DNA of 63,542 nt, filler included, from Basidiobolus ranarum (GCA_040143965.1; 39 parts of 39 records of this genome joined end to end with filler, not necessarily neighbours in it); one strand, 5' to 3'. Counted from the whole stretch's first letter, positions 24,995 through 37,430 are shown. Program-made: numbers and translations. The notes: generated from the letters alone by a model not told the origin.

Positions 24995-26081
24995 AAATCC
25001 AATCCACCCTTGTGGTTTGCAAAAGCATTGGAGAACTATCACAATATCTGTGGCTTGAATTCTGCCAGGGATTTAGATGGTGTGATGGTGGCTTTTTGAT
25101 GATAATTTGAAGACATTCATACATGTTAATATTGATCCTCATATTTGGCTTTCCTTATTTAATTGCTGGCAATTTTTGCAAAAATCTAATTTTTGAAAGG
25201 CATATACCTGTGTCTGCTACTGCAGGAATTTGAATCAATATGCATGCCTTTATTTAGATATTTTTGGCTTTGTATTACAGCCATAATCAAAATCAGAAAA
25301 TACAAGAATCTTGTTGTGTTTAGTCTCTACATATGCACATACTTGACTGATCAGCCTGTACTCAACAACTTCAATATGCTTTACCATCAAAATAATGGTG
25401 GAAAAACTGCTAAACATCCAAAATTTTGAATAGAACCAACACCTGGCAAATTGCTGAGTCTTGTTAGTATTCACAATGAGAATAAGCTCTTGGACTTGGT
25501 CAAATTTTGGTAAAGAAATCAGCCAATATATCCCAAACATGCGCTCAAGAAATGTCCTTGCACAAGTAGATATGTGATTGCTTGAATAGATTACCCATGG
25601 CTAAAATAATGATACTGTGTAACTTGATCTATCTCACCAAGAGGTCTGTGTTGCAGCTTTCCTAGAAGTACCATTAGCTTATTGCAAAAACAAGGTAGTC
25701 CAAATTATAGAGGTACTTAATCTTTGTCCATGGATTGGGTTTTGCTGCTTTTAATGTGCTCAAACAATGCAAGAGCTGGTGAGCACATTGAAAAAAGCCC
25801 ATAGTTGGAAAGTTAATACATTTTGGAGTCTCCTTAACCCATCATATTACATCCATTACTCAATTTGCTGATACATATTTTTACAGATTAGCATATGGCA
25901 ATACAAATGATTTCACATACAGCATCCTTTCACCACAGGTGTGTTCCATTGGGAACTCCCAGATTGTTTAGCAAGGGCCTATAATCTCTAGGCATTGTGA
26001 AAGATGCAGCAGGGAAGGTATTGAATACCAGCATAGATTCAGTCTATCTTGTTTAAACCGGTAATAAAGTTTTTCATATCC
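24995..26081 (-). mobile_element. CMC transposon 3' region
   Basis: Reverse complement of the 15450-16276 and 13105-14050 type sequence. Confidence 0.82.
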
Positions 26082-26181
26082 NNNNNNNNNNNNNNNNNNN
26101 NNNNNNNNNNNNNNNNNNNNNNNNNTTAATTAATTAANNNNNNNNNNNNNNNNNNNNNNNNNNNNNNNNNNNNNNNNNNNN

Positions 26182-27713
26182 AAGCCCCAACCCCAACCGA
26201 TAGCATGAGTAAGACCTGGTACACCAAAGACTGAGATCAACATAGCGAACACTTGAGTACCAAGAATGGCGATGGTGAAAGTCCATGATGGAAGATTCTC
26301 CCAGAAGAAACCACTGAGACGAGTAGAGAAGATGACGAAATGAGGACATGAGGAAATATGAAGGTACATAATGGTTTCCAATTCTCCAGGGTCAACTTTG
26401 AAGACATCACGAGCAATGAAGAAAATAGCGAATGAAGCAGCAGTAAGGAAGACAGCCAATACGAAAGACATGGTGATCAGTTGGCCAATTCTCCACTTGT
26501 CAGGCTTGGGTGAAATTTGAGCGTTATCAACAGAGATAACAAGAGTGGCAGCATCATTAAGAACAGCAATGAAAATCAAGAGAATTGCTCTAAGCTGCCA
26601 TTGAAAGATAATGGTAACAAAGAAGAAGAAGAGCAAGAAGTGGATGGTAGAGGTAATACGGTACAAAGCATAGGAACGCATACGTTGGAAAATGGCACGG
26701 GAGGTGGTGATACCATCAACAATGGTGGAAAGACCAGGAGCAAGCAATACAATATCTGAGGCAGAACGAGCGGCATCAGTACATCCATGAACAGCAATAC
26801 CGACATTGGCTTTCTTCAAAGCGGGGGCATCGTTGACACCATCACCAGTCATACCAACCAATAATCCCTGTTCCTGGAGTAATTCAACAACACGGTACTT
26901 GTGTTCGGGAATAACCTGGGCGAATCCATCAGCCTTGACACAACGACGAACAATTTCAGATTCAGGTACATCAGCCTCGACTAGTTTCTGAGCATTTAAA
27001 ATGGCACGTTGCATACCTAAACGTTGAGCAACTTCCTTGGCAATAATCAATTGATCACCAGTGATCATCTTAACAGAGACTCCCATATCGTGGCAACGAG
27101 CAATAGTTTCAGCGGAATCGGGACGAGGAGGATCCAAGAGAGAAATCATACCAATCAACTCCCATTGTTCAAGATCCCCAGGGATAGTACGAGCGACACC
27201 TAGGGCACGAAGACCACGACGGGCAAGGCTGTTGACGGCATGAACGGCATCGTCACATCCACCGACCAATTTGATAATCACTTGAGGGGCACCCTTGGCA
27301 ACCTTGAAAGTTTCACCAGTCTCTTCGTTATGGATGGTAGCCTGGGTGAGCTTGGTAACAGGATTGAATGGAAGGAAAGAGTTGGTTTTGTATCCGGGGA
27401 TTTTGGTTTCGCGTTCGCCAAGGCTCTTAAGGATTTCAAGTTGGGAACGGGCAGCAGTTCTGACAGCAAATTCGATAGGATCATTGGCACCTTGTTCAGC
27501 AGCCATGTATGAGTACAACAAAATATCATCACTGGTGTATCCTTTGCACAACCATGGTTCATCGAAAGTAAGTTCATTGAGGGTAAGAGTACCAGTCTTG
27601 TCAGAGCAGAGAACGGAGACTGAGGCCATTTCTTCAACAGCGGTCAATCTCTTGACAATAACTTCCTTCTTGGCCAATTGCTTAGCACCAACAGCCATAG
27701 TGACAGACATAAC
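26182..27713 (-). CDS. PMA1: Plasma-membrane H+-ATPase (P3A type), internal fragment
   Basis: CSDKTGTLT phosphorylation site, KGAPQ, DPPRPDS, MITGDQ, MTGDGVNDAPALKKA, RAIFQRMRSY. Open across the whole contig. Confidence 0.97.
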
Positions 27714-27813
27714 NNNNNNNNNNNNNNNNNNNNNNNNNNNNNNNNNNNNNNNNNNNNTTAATTAATTAANNNNNNNNNNNNNNNNNNNNNNNNNNNNNNN
27801 NNNNNNNNNNNNN

Positions 27814-28039
27814 TGGTACTCCAACACTTGTCACTGATATTTTGGCCCATTTGTCCTATAACGTCTTGACCAGGGATGTCGTTGGATGGCGTTGGCTCAG
27901 CAGATGATGAGCTTTGAGTGACAGTTACAACAACTGTTGATTGAGCAGTGGCTGTTGAATCAGATGCCTGAGCCGGAAAGGCTGAAGTGGAGGCAATGGC
28001 AGTCAAAGCAGTGGTTAATAGAATGGCAAGAGATTTCAT
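27814..28039 (-). CDS. 5' part of a secreted Ser/Thr-rich protein (unknown function)
   Basis: Signal peptide MKSLAILLTTALTAIASTSAFP; TATA-like TATATATAAA upstream; truncated by the contig end. Confidence 0.75.
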
Positions 28040-29148
28040 GTTGGAGTAAAGTGTTTGTTGATGGCTGTTACTGAAGAAAGAACTGGACTTTATATATATC
28101 AGAGAAGCCGGCCATACTTTATGATATCAATGTTATTAACCTGCTTTAAATGATCATTGCCAAATTAAGACCTAGTTCGATGCCACTAGATCAGATATGC
28201 TTGGCATTTTGGAAGAAAGATCATCTTATGTTAAGCGTAATGCTAAGCGATTTCTAGTCCAAGTAGCTACAACCCAAGAATGTTGTCATCTCAATATGAT
28301 AGTGAACCATATAAGGTAAAAGTGCCTGAAACTAGTCTTTACTTGAGTAAGTGTTACGTTAATCGCAGTAATAGATCGAATGACCATCTCTGTTGCCACA
28401 ATCATGACTGATGATTAGTTGGACTATTTATAGACTTTTAGTTACATAATGTGAGATCACTTGAGCGGGTTCCAGAATTTGTGGAACAACTAAAGGGGTT
28501 TGGATTGTGGTATTTTGATTCATACCACATCAAATTCAACTCCTCAAACATACAAATTCGACCGTGTAAATCATTAAAAAATTCCAATTTTGTAGAAACA
28601 ATGCCCAGTCGCTTAATCTATGGATGAATTCAACGGAGCACTTCAAGATATACTTGACATTTGTGATCAATTCTATTCGCAGCCGAAGAAACTCTATCCC
28701 ATGCTAGGTGTTCAGGTTCATTAAAGATCCAACAGTCTATTGTATCTTTCCTCAATCCGTACTTATATACCTGAATTACCACATAATTGAGTGTAAAAAT
28801 TAGAACTATATGGCATCGAGCTAGAGTTACAGCTTCAAAAAAACAAATTATGACGAGCATTTCGATCTATCCATAAAGTTAGTTAGTGAGTACTACTTAA
28901 GGATCTCTTCGGTGAATCTCCGACATTTCAGTTACTGAGGTTATCACCAGAGCACCTGGTAGTTGAGCAATTAGCATGATGAATCCGTTAGTCTCAAGAT
29001 AAAACAATCGGTTACGGTCTTCAAAATTTAAGAGAATATGATATGTAGAAGGAAAATAGCAGAAAGTAGATTTATTGATGATGCTATATACAAATATTCA
29101 TTAACAAGTGTATTTTAATATAGTATAATACTGCTAGATGGAATCACA

Positions 29149-29345
29149 TCACTGGTTATTCTGACTGAGTCGAGATTTCTCGTATTGTTCTCTTTTGTAG
29201 TCGTCTAGCTGGTCCAAGAGAGACTGTGTTTTCTTCACTAGCATCTTTCTAGTACTTCGCACAATATCTGATCCCATACTATCAACTTCATCTATGCGAA
29301 TGAGCAACTTGAGCAGAGCATCTTCGTAACCGAGGTAATTTTGAT
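29149..29345 (-). CDS. C-terminal BAG domain (Hsp70 co-chaperone) fragment
   Basis: QNYLGYEDALLKLLIRIDEVDSMGSDIVRSTRKMLVKKTQSLLDQLDDYK..* has the BAG signature E.LLKLL..D.V...G...VR..RK..VK. Not in the ORF track. Confidence 0.8.
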
Positions 29346-29445
29346 NNNNNNNNNNNNNNNNNNNNNNNNNNNNNNNNNNNNNNNNNNNNTTAATTAATTA
29401 ANNNNNNNNNNNNNNNNNNNNNNNNNNNNNNNNNNNNNNNNNNNN

Positions 29446-29831
29446 TGACTTATTTCATGTGGCTACACCTGGGTTTTTTGCAAGCAAATGGCAAATGGGC
29501 TAGTATAGGCCTGTTCATGAAACATCTCAAATATGTATGCAATTATTGACTTGGAAAAGAAGAAAAGCAGCTAAAGATGTACTCAAGCAGCAGGAAGTTA
29601 GTAAACCCAAGGCAAAAGAAATGGAGCTAGTGAGTTTAGGCTCTACTGTCCCACTTACTAAATTCTTCACACAAGTACAAAGATCTGCATTTCCAGAGTC
29701 AGATATACTGGTAAAAAAGCTTAATTTCACAATGGAACCAGGTACACCAGTTGGAAGAGTGCCAAATTTGAAAGTTTATCTAACACCTGGTGTCTCCCAA
29801 CAAGCCAAAACACCAGCAAATAAAACACATG
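29446..29831 (+). repeat. Unclassified interspersed repeat D with decayed ORF
   Basis: Homologous to about 57240-57640 (+) and about 36780-36950 (-), e.g. SQQAKTPANKTH. Confidence 0.7.
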
Positions 29832-30224
29832 GTGTAGTGTGGGATAGGGGTATTAACTTAAATATTCAGTAATAAAGCTTAATCCCTCTACAAATCTCCA
29901 GGAAAGCTGAATTTTTTATACTGGAAGCTTAAGAATGTTGATAGGAGATATATTCTTCACTCTATCTTTAAAGGGTAAAGACACACTATAGTATGTCAAT
30001 AGCTTGAAGACTTTCTGAGAAAAGATTATTTCTGATAATAGAACTATCAAGAATACTCAATACTACAAGGGTAGATAAGACTCTGGTGGTTTCTCTAACT
30101 TGAAGTCTGAAAACAAAGATATAGTTCCTTTGAGATTGGCAAACACTTTGATTAAGAGTTATATATGTTCTATGGCTGTAAAAGTGAAGATAACTATGAA
30201 AGAATCTGCAATCTTCACAACAAT

Positions 30225-30865
30225 CCTCATATTTCTGCTAGGGTTAAACTTGCCAAACCTATGCTTTTAAGCTCCCAAAAGAGTTACTTACTCAGATTCC
30301 TTTTCCAAATTCTTGCTTCTGAGATGCTGACCCATTAGTCTTGCAGCCATAAACTACATAGTTAACTTGTCTAATCTTACTTCCAAAGCAGTACTCAAGT
30401 TTCACTACTCTTCTGGAATACTACTCACAAGAGTTGTAATATATTATTCTTTATGTAAAGTTATCCCACTATTTTCCAGTTGTTTAACTAAAGATGTTGC
30501 ATTTGCAATTCTTTGACTCTTCCATATTCATACTGAAGTATTTTGGTCTGAAAAATGGTCTATTTGCAAGACTGTTTGCTTCATATCATTCTGCTAATGG
30601 TGTCTAAACCTAATAAGAAGTCTGTGCACATTGAATGTTCTCAAGTTGCAAGTCCTTCAAATGTTAATAAAAAACATTGGGTGCCATCTTGTGTGCTTCT
30701 GTTGTATACTTCCAGTAAAGAAGGATAAGAGAGTTCCTCTTTATCTCCAGAAACAATATCCCAAGGCTCCTTGTCCTCCAGCATGGATTTAATAAGGGTT
30801 GTGGTAGTTATTTTTGTCATGCTGTAAAGGTGAGAATAGAGGGCTCATACTCTATTGAGAAAATA
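30225..30865 (-). mobile_element. Decayed copia-A gag, PBS and LTR tip
   Basis: Homologous to 39231-39905. PBS remnant GGGCTCATAC at 30841. Confidence 0.8.
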
Positions 30866-30866
30866 T

Positions 30867-30977
30867 TGTTGAAGTTTATTGTCTTTATCATATTTATTAT
30901 CTCTATCTTTATACACCTAACTATTTCATATATCACATATTAGTTAGTCAACATTATTTAGTCAAATATCACTTAGC
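30867..30977 (+). repeat. LTR-A 5' end inserted in opposite orientation into another LTR-A
   Basis: TGTTGAAGTTTATTGTC begins about 14 bp into the reverse-oriented LTR. Confidence 0.8.
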
Positions 30978-31077
30978 NNNNNNNNNNNNNNNNNNNNNNN
31001 NNNNNNNNNNNNNNNNNNNNNTTAATTAATTAANNNNNNNNNNNNNNNNNNNNNNNNNNNNNNNNNNNNNNNNNNNN

Positions 31078-31400
31078 CATATTGGCTTTTTTGTTTCAGT
31101 GTCAGAATCTGAATTTTCTTCTTCAGAAATTTCTTCTTCTTCAACTGGTTGAGCTACTTCCCAGCCATGTTTCCCTTGAAGCACAAGTAGCATCTTGAAT
31201 TTCCATTCCTGGAAATCTGCCCCACTGAATTTTGGAATATTAGTAATCTCCTTTTGGGAAGAAGACTCTAATTCACTTGCTGCTATCATGTTCAAGGATC
31301 TTGACATAATGGGGGTAGACTTTGCAAATTAGAAGCAACTTATGATAGTGTGTTTTAGTTACTTTATTCTTAAGAATATTTGGTGACTTATATGGTAGAA
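31078..31400 (-). mobile_element. Copia gag N-terminus and leader (another family)
   Basis: IPKFSGADFQEWKFKMLLVLQGKHGWEV. The leader matches 21281-21380. Confidence 0.8.
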
Positions 31401-31639
31401 AAGTAAATCAACTGTTTGATAAATTCAGGAGTTTGTGTAATAAGATATAATAGGTAAGTGGGGGTAATAAGACATACTTGTTATATTGATATAGGGATAT
31501 TCCTATTTAGAATATAGGGGCTATAGATATGTGGTTTCTGTTTCTGATATATGTATCATAACTAAAGTTAAATATGATGTTGAATAAATATTAATTATCA
31601 AGCAGTGTTGAGTTGATCTCCAGAAATTTGGTAATTTTG

Positions 31640-32200
31640 GATCATTTTGCTTGATTAAGCAAATCCAATATAGCCTGATATCTTATGCGATAATTGAATA
31701 GTTCCTTGATTGGAATAATTTATATTTACACATGAACCTCTTGGATTATATGTAAGTTTGCATAAATTCTGATCCTTTACTCCCAAAGATAAATAACTCA
31801 CATTGTGATATGTAGTGGGCCACCCTGACTTATCAAAATTGAATTTTAGCCCTTCTGAGGTGGCCTGGCATACAGATATTAAGTTCTTGGCAATATCTGG
31901 AACATGTAGTACATCCTTAAAGGTATATACTTTTGCTTCAGAAGCTCCAGCCAAATTGACTTTAATTGTTCCCATTCCAATAGCATCCACTTTACAGTCA
32001 TCTCCCATGCAAACCTTTCTAATTGGGACTTCTTTATAATCCACAAACCAATGGGTTTCATGTGTGAAATGTTCGGAGGCTCCAGAATCCATACACCATA
32101 TCTGTGAATCCTTATTGGTAGTCTTAGACAAGACAGATACAAACAAGTGATCAACTGTTGTAACCACATTTGTGGATTCAGTACATTTCTCTTGCCATTC
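31640..32200 (-). mobile_element. Copia aspartic protease region
   Basis: WCMDSGASEHFT..DVLHVPDIAKNLISV. Homologous to 59830-60230. Confidence 0.88.
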
Positions 32201-32608
32201 CCCTAACAGAAATTTGAGGATTGTTATTGTAGGAAAACCATCACAATTTTAATCCATTTGGGTTTGACTGTTTACTTACCGTCATAAAATCATCAAGTTA
32301 GAATTGATTTTAATCAATTTTTTCAGTTTCTGGAGTGAAATTTCAAGATCTTGCAAAATAGTTGCAAATGAATGGTTAAAATCTCAGAGAACTATGGATC
32401 AACACATGTGCAAAAAACGTAACTTAAATTTTACCCAATTACCACTTGAACGCTAATTAATCACCTTCGAAATCCCTAGTCTCTTTGATATATTCTACTG
32501 AATATTTTTATAGAGTTCTTCATACCCAAGGTTTAGCTCATACCCAACATGAGTTTGTGTCAATATCTCCATCAAAGCCCACCATTGTATTAACGTTGCT
32601 GAATCAAC
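32201..32608 (+). mobile_element. CMC left terminus and subterminal region
   Basis: Starts CCCTAACAGAAATTTGAGG; near-identical to 2816-3179 and overlaps 36360-36460. Confidence 0.82.
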
Positions 32609-32708
32609 NNNNNNNNNNNNNNNNNNNNNNNNNNNNNNNNNNNNNNNNNNNNTTAATTAATTAANNNNNNNNNNNNNNNNNNNNNNNNNNNNNNNNNNNN
32701 NNNNNNNN

Positions 32709-33038
32709 GCTATCTTGCAATGGGGATTCAAGCGATGGATCAGCCTCTTCAGGTTGTTCGCCAGAGACCTCATCGGAACCGACTTTGGGATTTCGCCCCA
32801 GTCTACCCGGAATATCGTTTGTTGCTTCTTGCTGAACCTGTTGAGTATCATCCTCCTCTTCTATGTCCTCAGTATTTGAAGAGGCCTTATTGAAAGAACC
32901 TCTTAAAAAATCATCTGAGCTGCGATCAAACGGGCTCTCGTCCCAGGCCAAGTTTGATTCTTCTGTATCCTCAAAACGCTGGGCTTCAATCATAAGTAAG
33001 CAAGTCAGGGCTAAGGGTAAAATGCATAAGAGCTTCAT
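32709..33038 (-). CDS. 5' part of a secreted acidic low-complexity protein
   Basis: Signal peptide MKLLCILPLALTCLLMIEA followed by a D/E-rich region; TATAAA upstream; truncated. Confidence 0.75.
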
Positions 33039-34339
33039 TTCTATCAGATATGAAAATTATTACACATTTTCCATTACACGAGATGGTTTTATACTCTGCT
33101 CTTGGCCGGTCAGATATATGCAAAAGACATGCGAATTAGTATGTTGAAAACAATTATTTGGTTACTACCCCACTGTTGAATCACAGACTTGGTGCATACG
33201 ATTGCACATCATGTGCTATTGATTGGTTTCATTACCATAACATAGACGCCATTCTTTAGCATACTTGACGTCAATTTGATGTGAACAAATATATCAAGAA
33301 TTATCAAAGGCGCGAATAGGGAAAACATAATATAAATCCAATCTGGAGTGGTATATAAAGATTAACGAGGGATCTGGCTTTGCCACATTTTCTTGTAGGG
33401 GCTTTCTGTGCCGAATTCCAGATGATGTTGGATAATATAATAAAGAATATGAATGATTCTTGCATTTTTTCCAATAGTCGTTCCTAACACCTTGCTAAAT
33501 GCATTTAATGCTAACCATATGGTAATTGTTGTATGGCCTCAGCATATCAGTCATTACCCAAATCTCTGCATTCTTTATCTCCTGAACCGTTTCGAAAACT
33601 GACTTAATTAATTTCTTCTCATAACGCGTCGATTTTCTCAAGAAACTAAACGTTCAGATGTGAAAGGCCAAAGATATGTCTCTGAATTACTCTATCAGCT
33701 ATATGATTAACAACACCATTGTTATGAGAACTTGTATTATCATTTATTCGAGAATATGTAGATTGTTGCTTCTAGCTTGCAACAGTATCAAATATCTAAC
33801 ACACTTACTGTACAGTTGAATTTACTCAAGAACAACATGTGCTGCAACCGGATCAAGAATTTGCATCTTGAATTCGAGAGGCACCATTCAGACCCTTAGG
33901 ATTATTGCATGTGGTAATGTATTGTGGATCTAAAATGACAATCTACATATGATCACCATTTGGTGAATATTGCTCTATAAAGATAAGATTTTCTGTATAT
34001 TGGCAACAATGGAATTAAAATGATCAAACAAGAGTTTCAGGCAAAGAATGACAACCTTATTTCGTCGATATTCTCCCTATAAACAATGAGACTTTGTTTG
34101 AGACCCTTCATTTTATAAACCTCTATGTTTTAAACAGACGGAACCATATAGATTAAACTTGAGTTGTGCCAGCTAAAGAAAGGAAAGATGTGATGGACGT
34201 ACCCAAGACCGCCCTTGCAGAACTATCGGTTGAAGATAGNNNNNNNNNNNNNNNNNNNNNNNNNNNNNNNNNNNNNNNNNNNNTTAATTAATTAANNNNN
34301 NNNNNNNNNNNNNNNNNNNNNNNNNNNNNNNNNNNNNNN

Positions 34340-34561
34340 CGATTTATTGGGTTCGTCGTGGGTCATCATCTGGACAGCGGCTTGGTAGAGAGTATGCCTT
34401 TCAGCGGCCACGGTGAGTCTTGGGTCAATGGACAATGCTGGAATACCGGCGTTCTGACGCTGTTGATTCACCAAGGCTAGGAGAGTATTGGTATCAAAAG
34501 AAAGAACAGCTTTCGCAAGGACGAATAAGGTTATGATTAGATGGCAAGGCGAGAACATCAT
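34340..34561 (-). CDS. CAP (SCP/PR-1) domain protein, N-terminal half with signal peptide
   Basis: MMFSPCHLIITLFVLAKAVLS-FDTNTLLALVNQQRQNAGIPALSIDPRLTVAAERH..MMTHDEPNKS. Confidence 0.88.
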
Positions 34562-35609
34562 GATTGCTGGGTATAATAATATTGTACGATACACACCTGA
34601 TGTTCTTATACTTTTGTGAAGGAGGGGACGAAAGTAAATTACTCAGTGATCAGAGCCAATTCTTTTGTTGTATATTCACTCCATCTAATGGGAACTGCCT
34701 TCTATGTAGAGTATTCCAATCAGCTCACCCAAACCTCGCATACACACCAATCAGTTACCATACTGATAGTGTAAAGTCAATCCGACACGTCTGCGGTGGT
34801 CTAGATATAAGCTCAGTATATTTCGATACTTTCTTTTCAGTTCCCACGCGATGAACCTCGATCTTTAGTTCCATGTCCATGTTCTTAGTATCACCATTCA
34901 ACATAACTTAAATGGAAACATATAAGATGGGATCATTACCTTATGGGCAATTGTTGCTATTTCATGAACAATTTGCATTCCATATGAAGGTAGAGGCAAT
35001 CAACGAGAACACCATGATTGGAACTGGAATATAAAGAAGTTCGAGGAGGGAACCTTACTTTTTGTCGCAACTACTAATTAATAACACTTGTAACCCTATT
35101 AGCAGAGTTTCACGAAGAGTACTGATGAGTGACTTTTATTTGTTAAAACCAAGCCAATCATTCAATATCCCGCAACACTGCCAAATGGCGTGAATAATCC
35201 AATCAGCCACGTAGGAAATTTTTGGGAAAATACTTCAACGAATGGCATTAACTACACATCCAACTACACATCCACTTTGGATGAACTGTTATGATTATAG
35301 TCTTGCCTCTAAATGCCAATTGACTAGTTTTAGTTCCCCGCAATACGATTTAAAGTAAAGCACAAACATTCAATATATGCTTAACATCAGCTACACGGAG
35401 TTAACACAGCATCTTAAATTATAGAAAACTTTTTTAACAAATATTTATCAGTAATTTGGATTTCTGCAAATAATTTCTGATAATACTTGAATTGGGTGAA
35501 ATTAGTATGACTTTATTAATCTAATTAATTCGGTAGAGTTATGGGGGAGGTTAGGCAGGATACCCTAGGTATTAGGTAAACACAATCTATGCCTTCTAGT
35601 GTTTCTATT

Positions 35610-35870
35610 TTACTGTTCTTTGTTGTTTCTAATATATCTTAGGGACCTTCTTCTCAAAGTCATGGGTGTTGCGAACTCTTGCGTCCAATAACTTCCACGA
35701 GTGTCATACGCAACTCCAGTTTGCGTAAACACGGGGTTCAAGATATTACTACGGTGTTTGGGTGAGTTCATCCAGGCATTCATTACTGACACTTCGTCAC
35801 CAAATCCCGCTGCCACATTTTCTCCAATATTACTCCACCCATAGCCAATCTCGCTGATACGTTGTCCTAG
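35610..35870 (-). CDS. CAP domain protein, C-terminal half
   Basis: LGQRISEIGYGWSNIGENVAAGFGDEVSVMNAWMNSPKHRSNILNPVFTQTGVAY..YWTQEFA. Confidence 0.92.
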   Translation of the reverse strand, partial: LGQRISEIGYGWSNIGENVAAGFGDEVSVMNAWMNSPKHRSNILNPVFTQTGVAYDTRGSYWTQEFATPMTLRRRSLRYIRNNKEQ

Positions 35871-35970
35871 NNNNNNNNNNNNNNNNNNNNNNNNNNNNNN
35901 NNNNNNNNNNNNNNTTAATTAATTAANNNNNNNNNNNNNNNNNNNNNNNNNNNNNNNNNNNNNNNNNNNN

Positions 35971-36165
35971 CATTTTAGAGCAAGAGTAGAACATAGCTTT
36001 GGTTTCCTAAAGAGATATAGCATTGTAGCAGGAAAGTATAGAGCAAAATCATTTTGTGGGCCTCAATCAAAGTTAGGCAAAATAGTCAAAATCTTGATTA
36101 ATTCTCAATACATCCATACTCAAAGATATCCATTGAGAGCTCTAGACCTAAGACACTATGAATAA
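35971..36165 (+). mobile_element. C-terminus of a DDE_Tnp_4-like (PIF/Harbinger or ISL2EU) transposase/nuclease
   Basis: HFRARVEHSFGFLKRYSIV matches the R..VE..FG.LK.. catalytic-Glu motif. Open for 64 codons from the contig start to TAA. Confidence 0.65.
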
Positions 36166-36359
36166 AGCTTTCGTTATCTTTTGAATGAGCAATAATGTCT
36201 AAAAGTACTTTTCTTGAACATACCATATAAGTAAAATAAACTGTTTGCAAAATGGTAAGTAACATTGTGCCAGATAGTGCCCAATCATGCCAATTTGTGC
36301 TGGCACACTTTTTAGCTGGTCTGATCTGGCTCAATAAAATGGAACAAGTCTAATCTCCT

Positions 36360-37430
36360 GAGTATTGAATTCTTCATACCCAAGTTTTAGCTCATATCCA
36401 ACAGAAGTTTGTATCAATATCTCATGAAAGGCTCCATTGTATTAACATTGCTGAATTAACATTCTTCCAGCTATCTGGCAGACATGCTGTGATATTGTGC
36501 CACTCTGTACCAAGTTCTTCCTGGATATAAGTATGGTCAACACCACACTGAATGTCAAGTTGAATAATCTTCTTGTGAAGCCACTTTCTGCATACTCAAA
36601 ATGCATTTTTCCTTTCATACTTTTGAAAATACTCCACAAGCACTTTGACTATTTTTATATGCCCTTTTAGTGTGACACAACTGAAGGTGCTTGGCAGTTC
36701 TTATGTGGCTTTTGGCTTTCCTTTAGGTTTGTGGCTAGTTTCAACACTTTGAAAAGTACCAGTGGAGGCTGGAGAGCCATGAGTTTTATTTGCTGCTGTT
36801 TTGGCTTTTTGAGAGGTTCCAGGTGTTAGTTAAACTTCTGAACTTAGCACTCTTCTAAATGGTGTACTTGTTTCCATGGTAAAAATTAGGCTGTTTACTA
36901 GTATATCTGCTGGTATAACTGACTCTGGATGTACAGATCTTTGTAACAGTGCCATCCAAAGTGGATAGTGGATTGCCAGACTACTCATCAATTAAGTCCT
37001 CTGTTCTTGCTGGTTTTTTTGTTTCATGACAGCAGGTTTTTGTCTGGAAGCCAATTTTGATTTTGATTTGAATGGCAGTGAAATTAGCAGATGGTTTGCT
37101 TTGTGTAATGATATTGCTTAGAAAAAGCCTGTGACAAACTAAAATTGATATCCTTCACCAGAAATATCTTGTAAAATTTCTGAGAACTCATCTGTGATGC
37201 AATCACATAATCAGCGGATGCTATTGATGGTATATGCCTAAAATACCACCCTTACAAGCTGAGTGTTCTTTTTCTACAATATCGTTTGCATGCCACAATT
37301 CATACACTGGAAGAAGCCCTGCTATTACTAACACAGATTTTTGTGCTATGAAACCCAAAGGGTTCAATGAAGAAATAATCACAAGCATGTTTACTGTGCA
37401 AAGTTTCCAGTGGCACAAAGCCTGGTGTGG
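36360..37430 (+). mobile_element. CMC left arm linking the left subterminal region to the transposase upstream region
   Basis: 36360-36460 matches 32510-32608; 37150-37420 matches 9840-10110 and 51780-52050. Confidence 0.7.

Noticed and set aside
26517..27765. Several ORFs overlapping PMA1 in antisense or alternative frames
   Set aside because: Shadow ORFs produced by the strong codon bias of the H+-ATPase.
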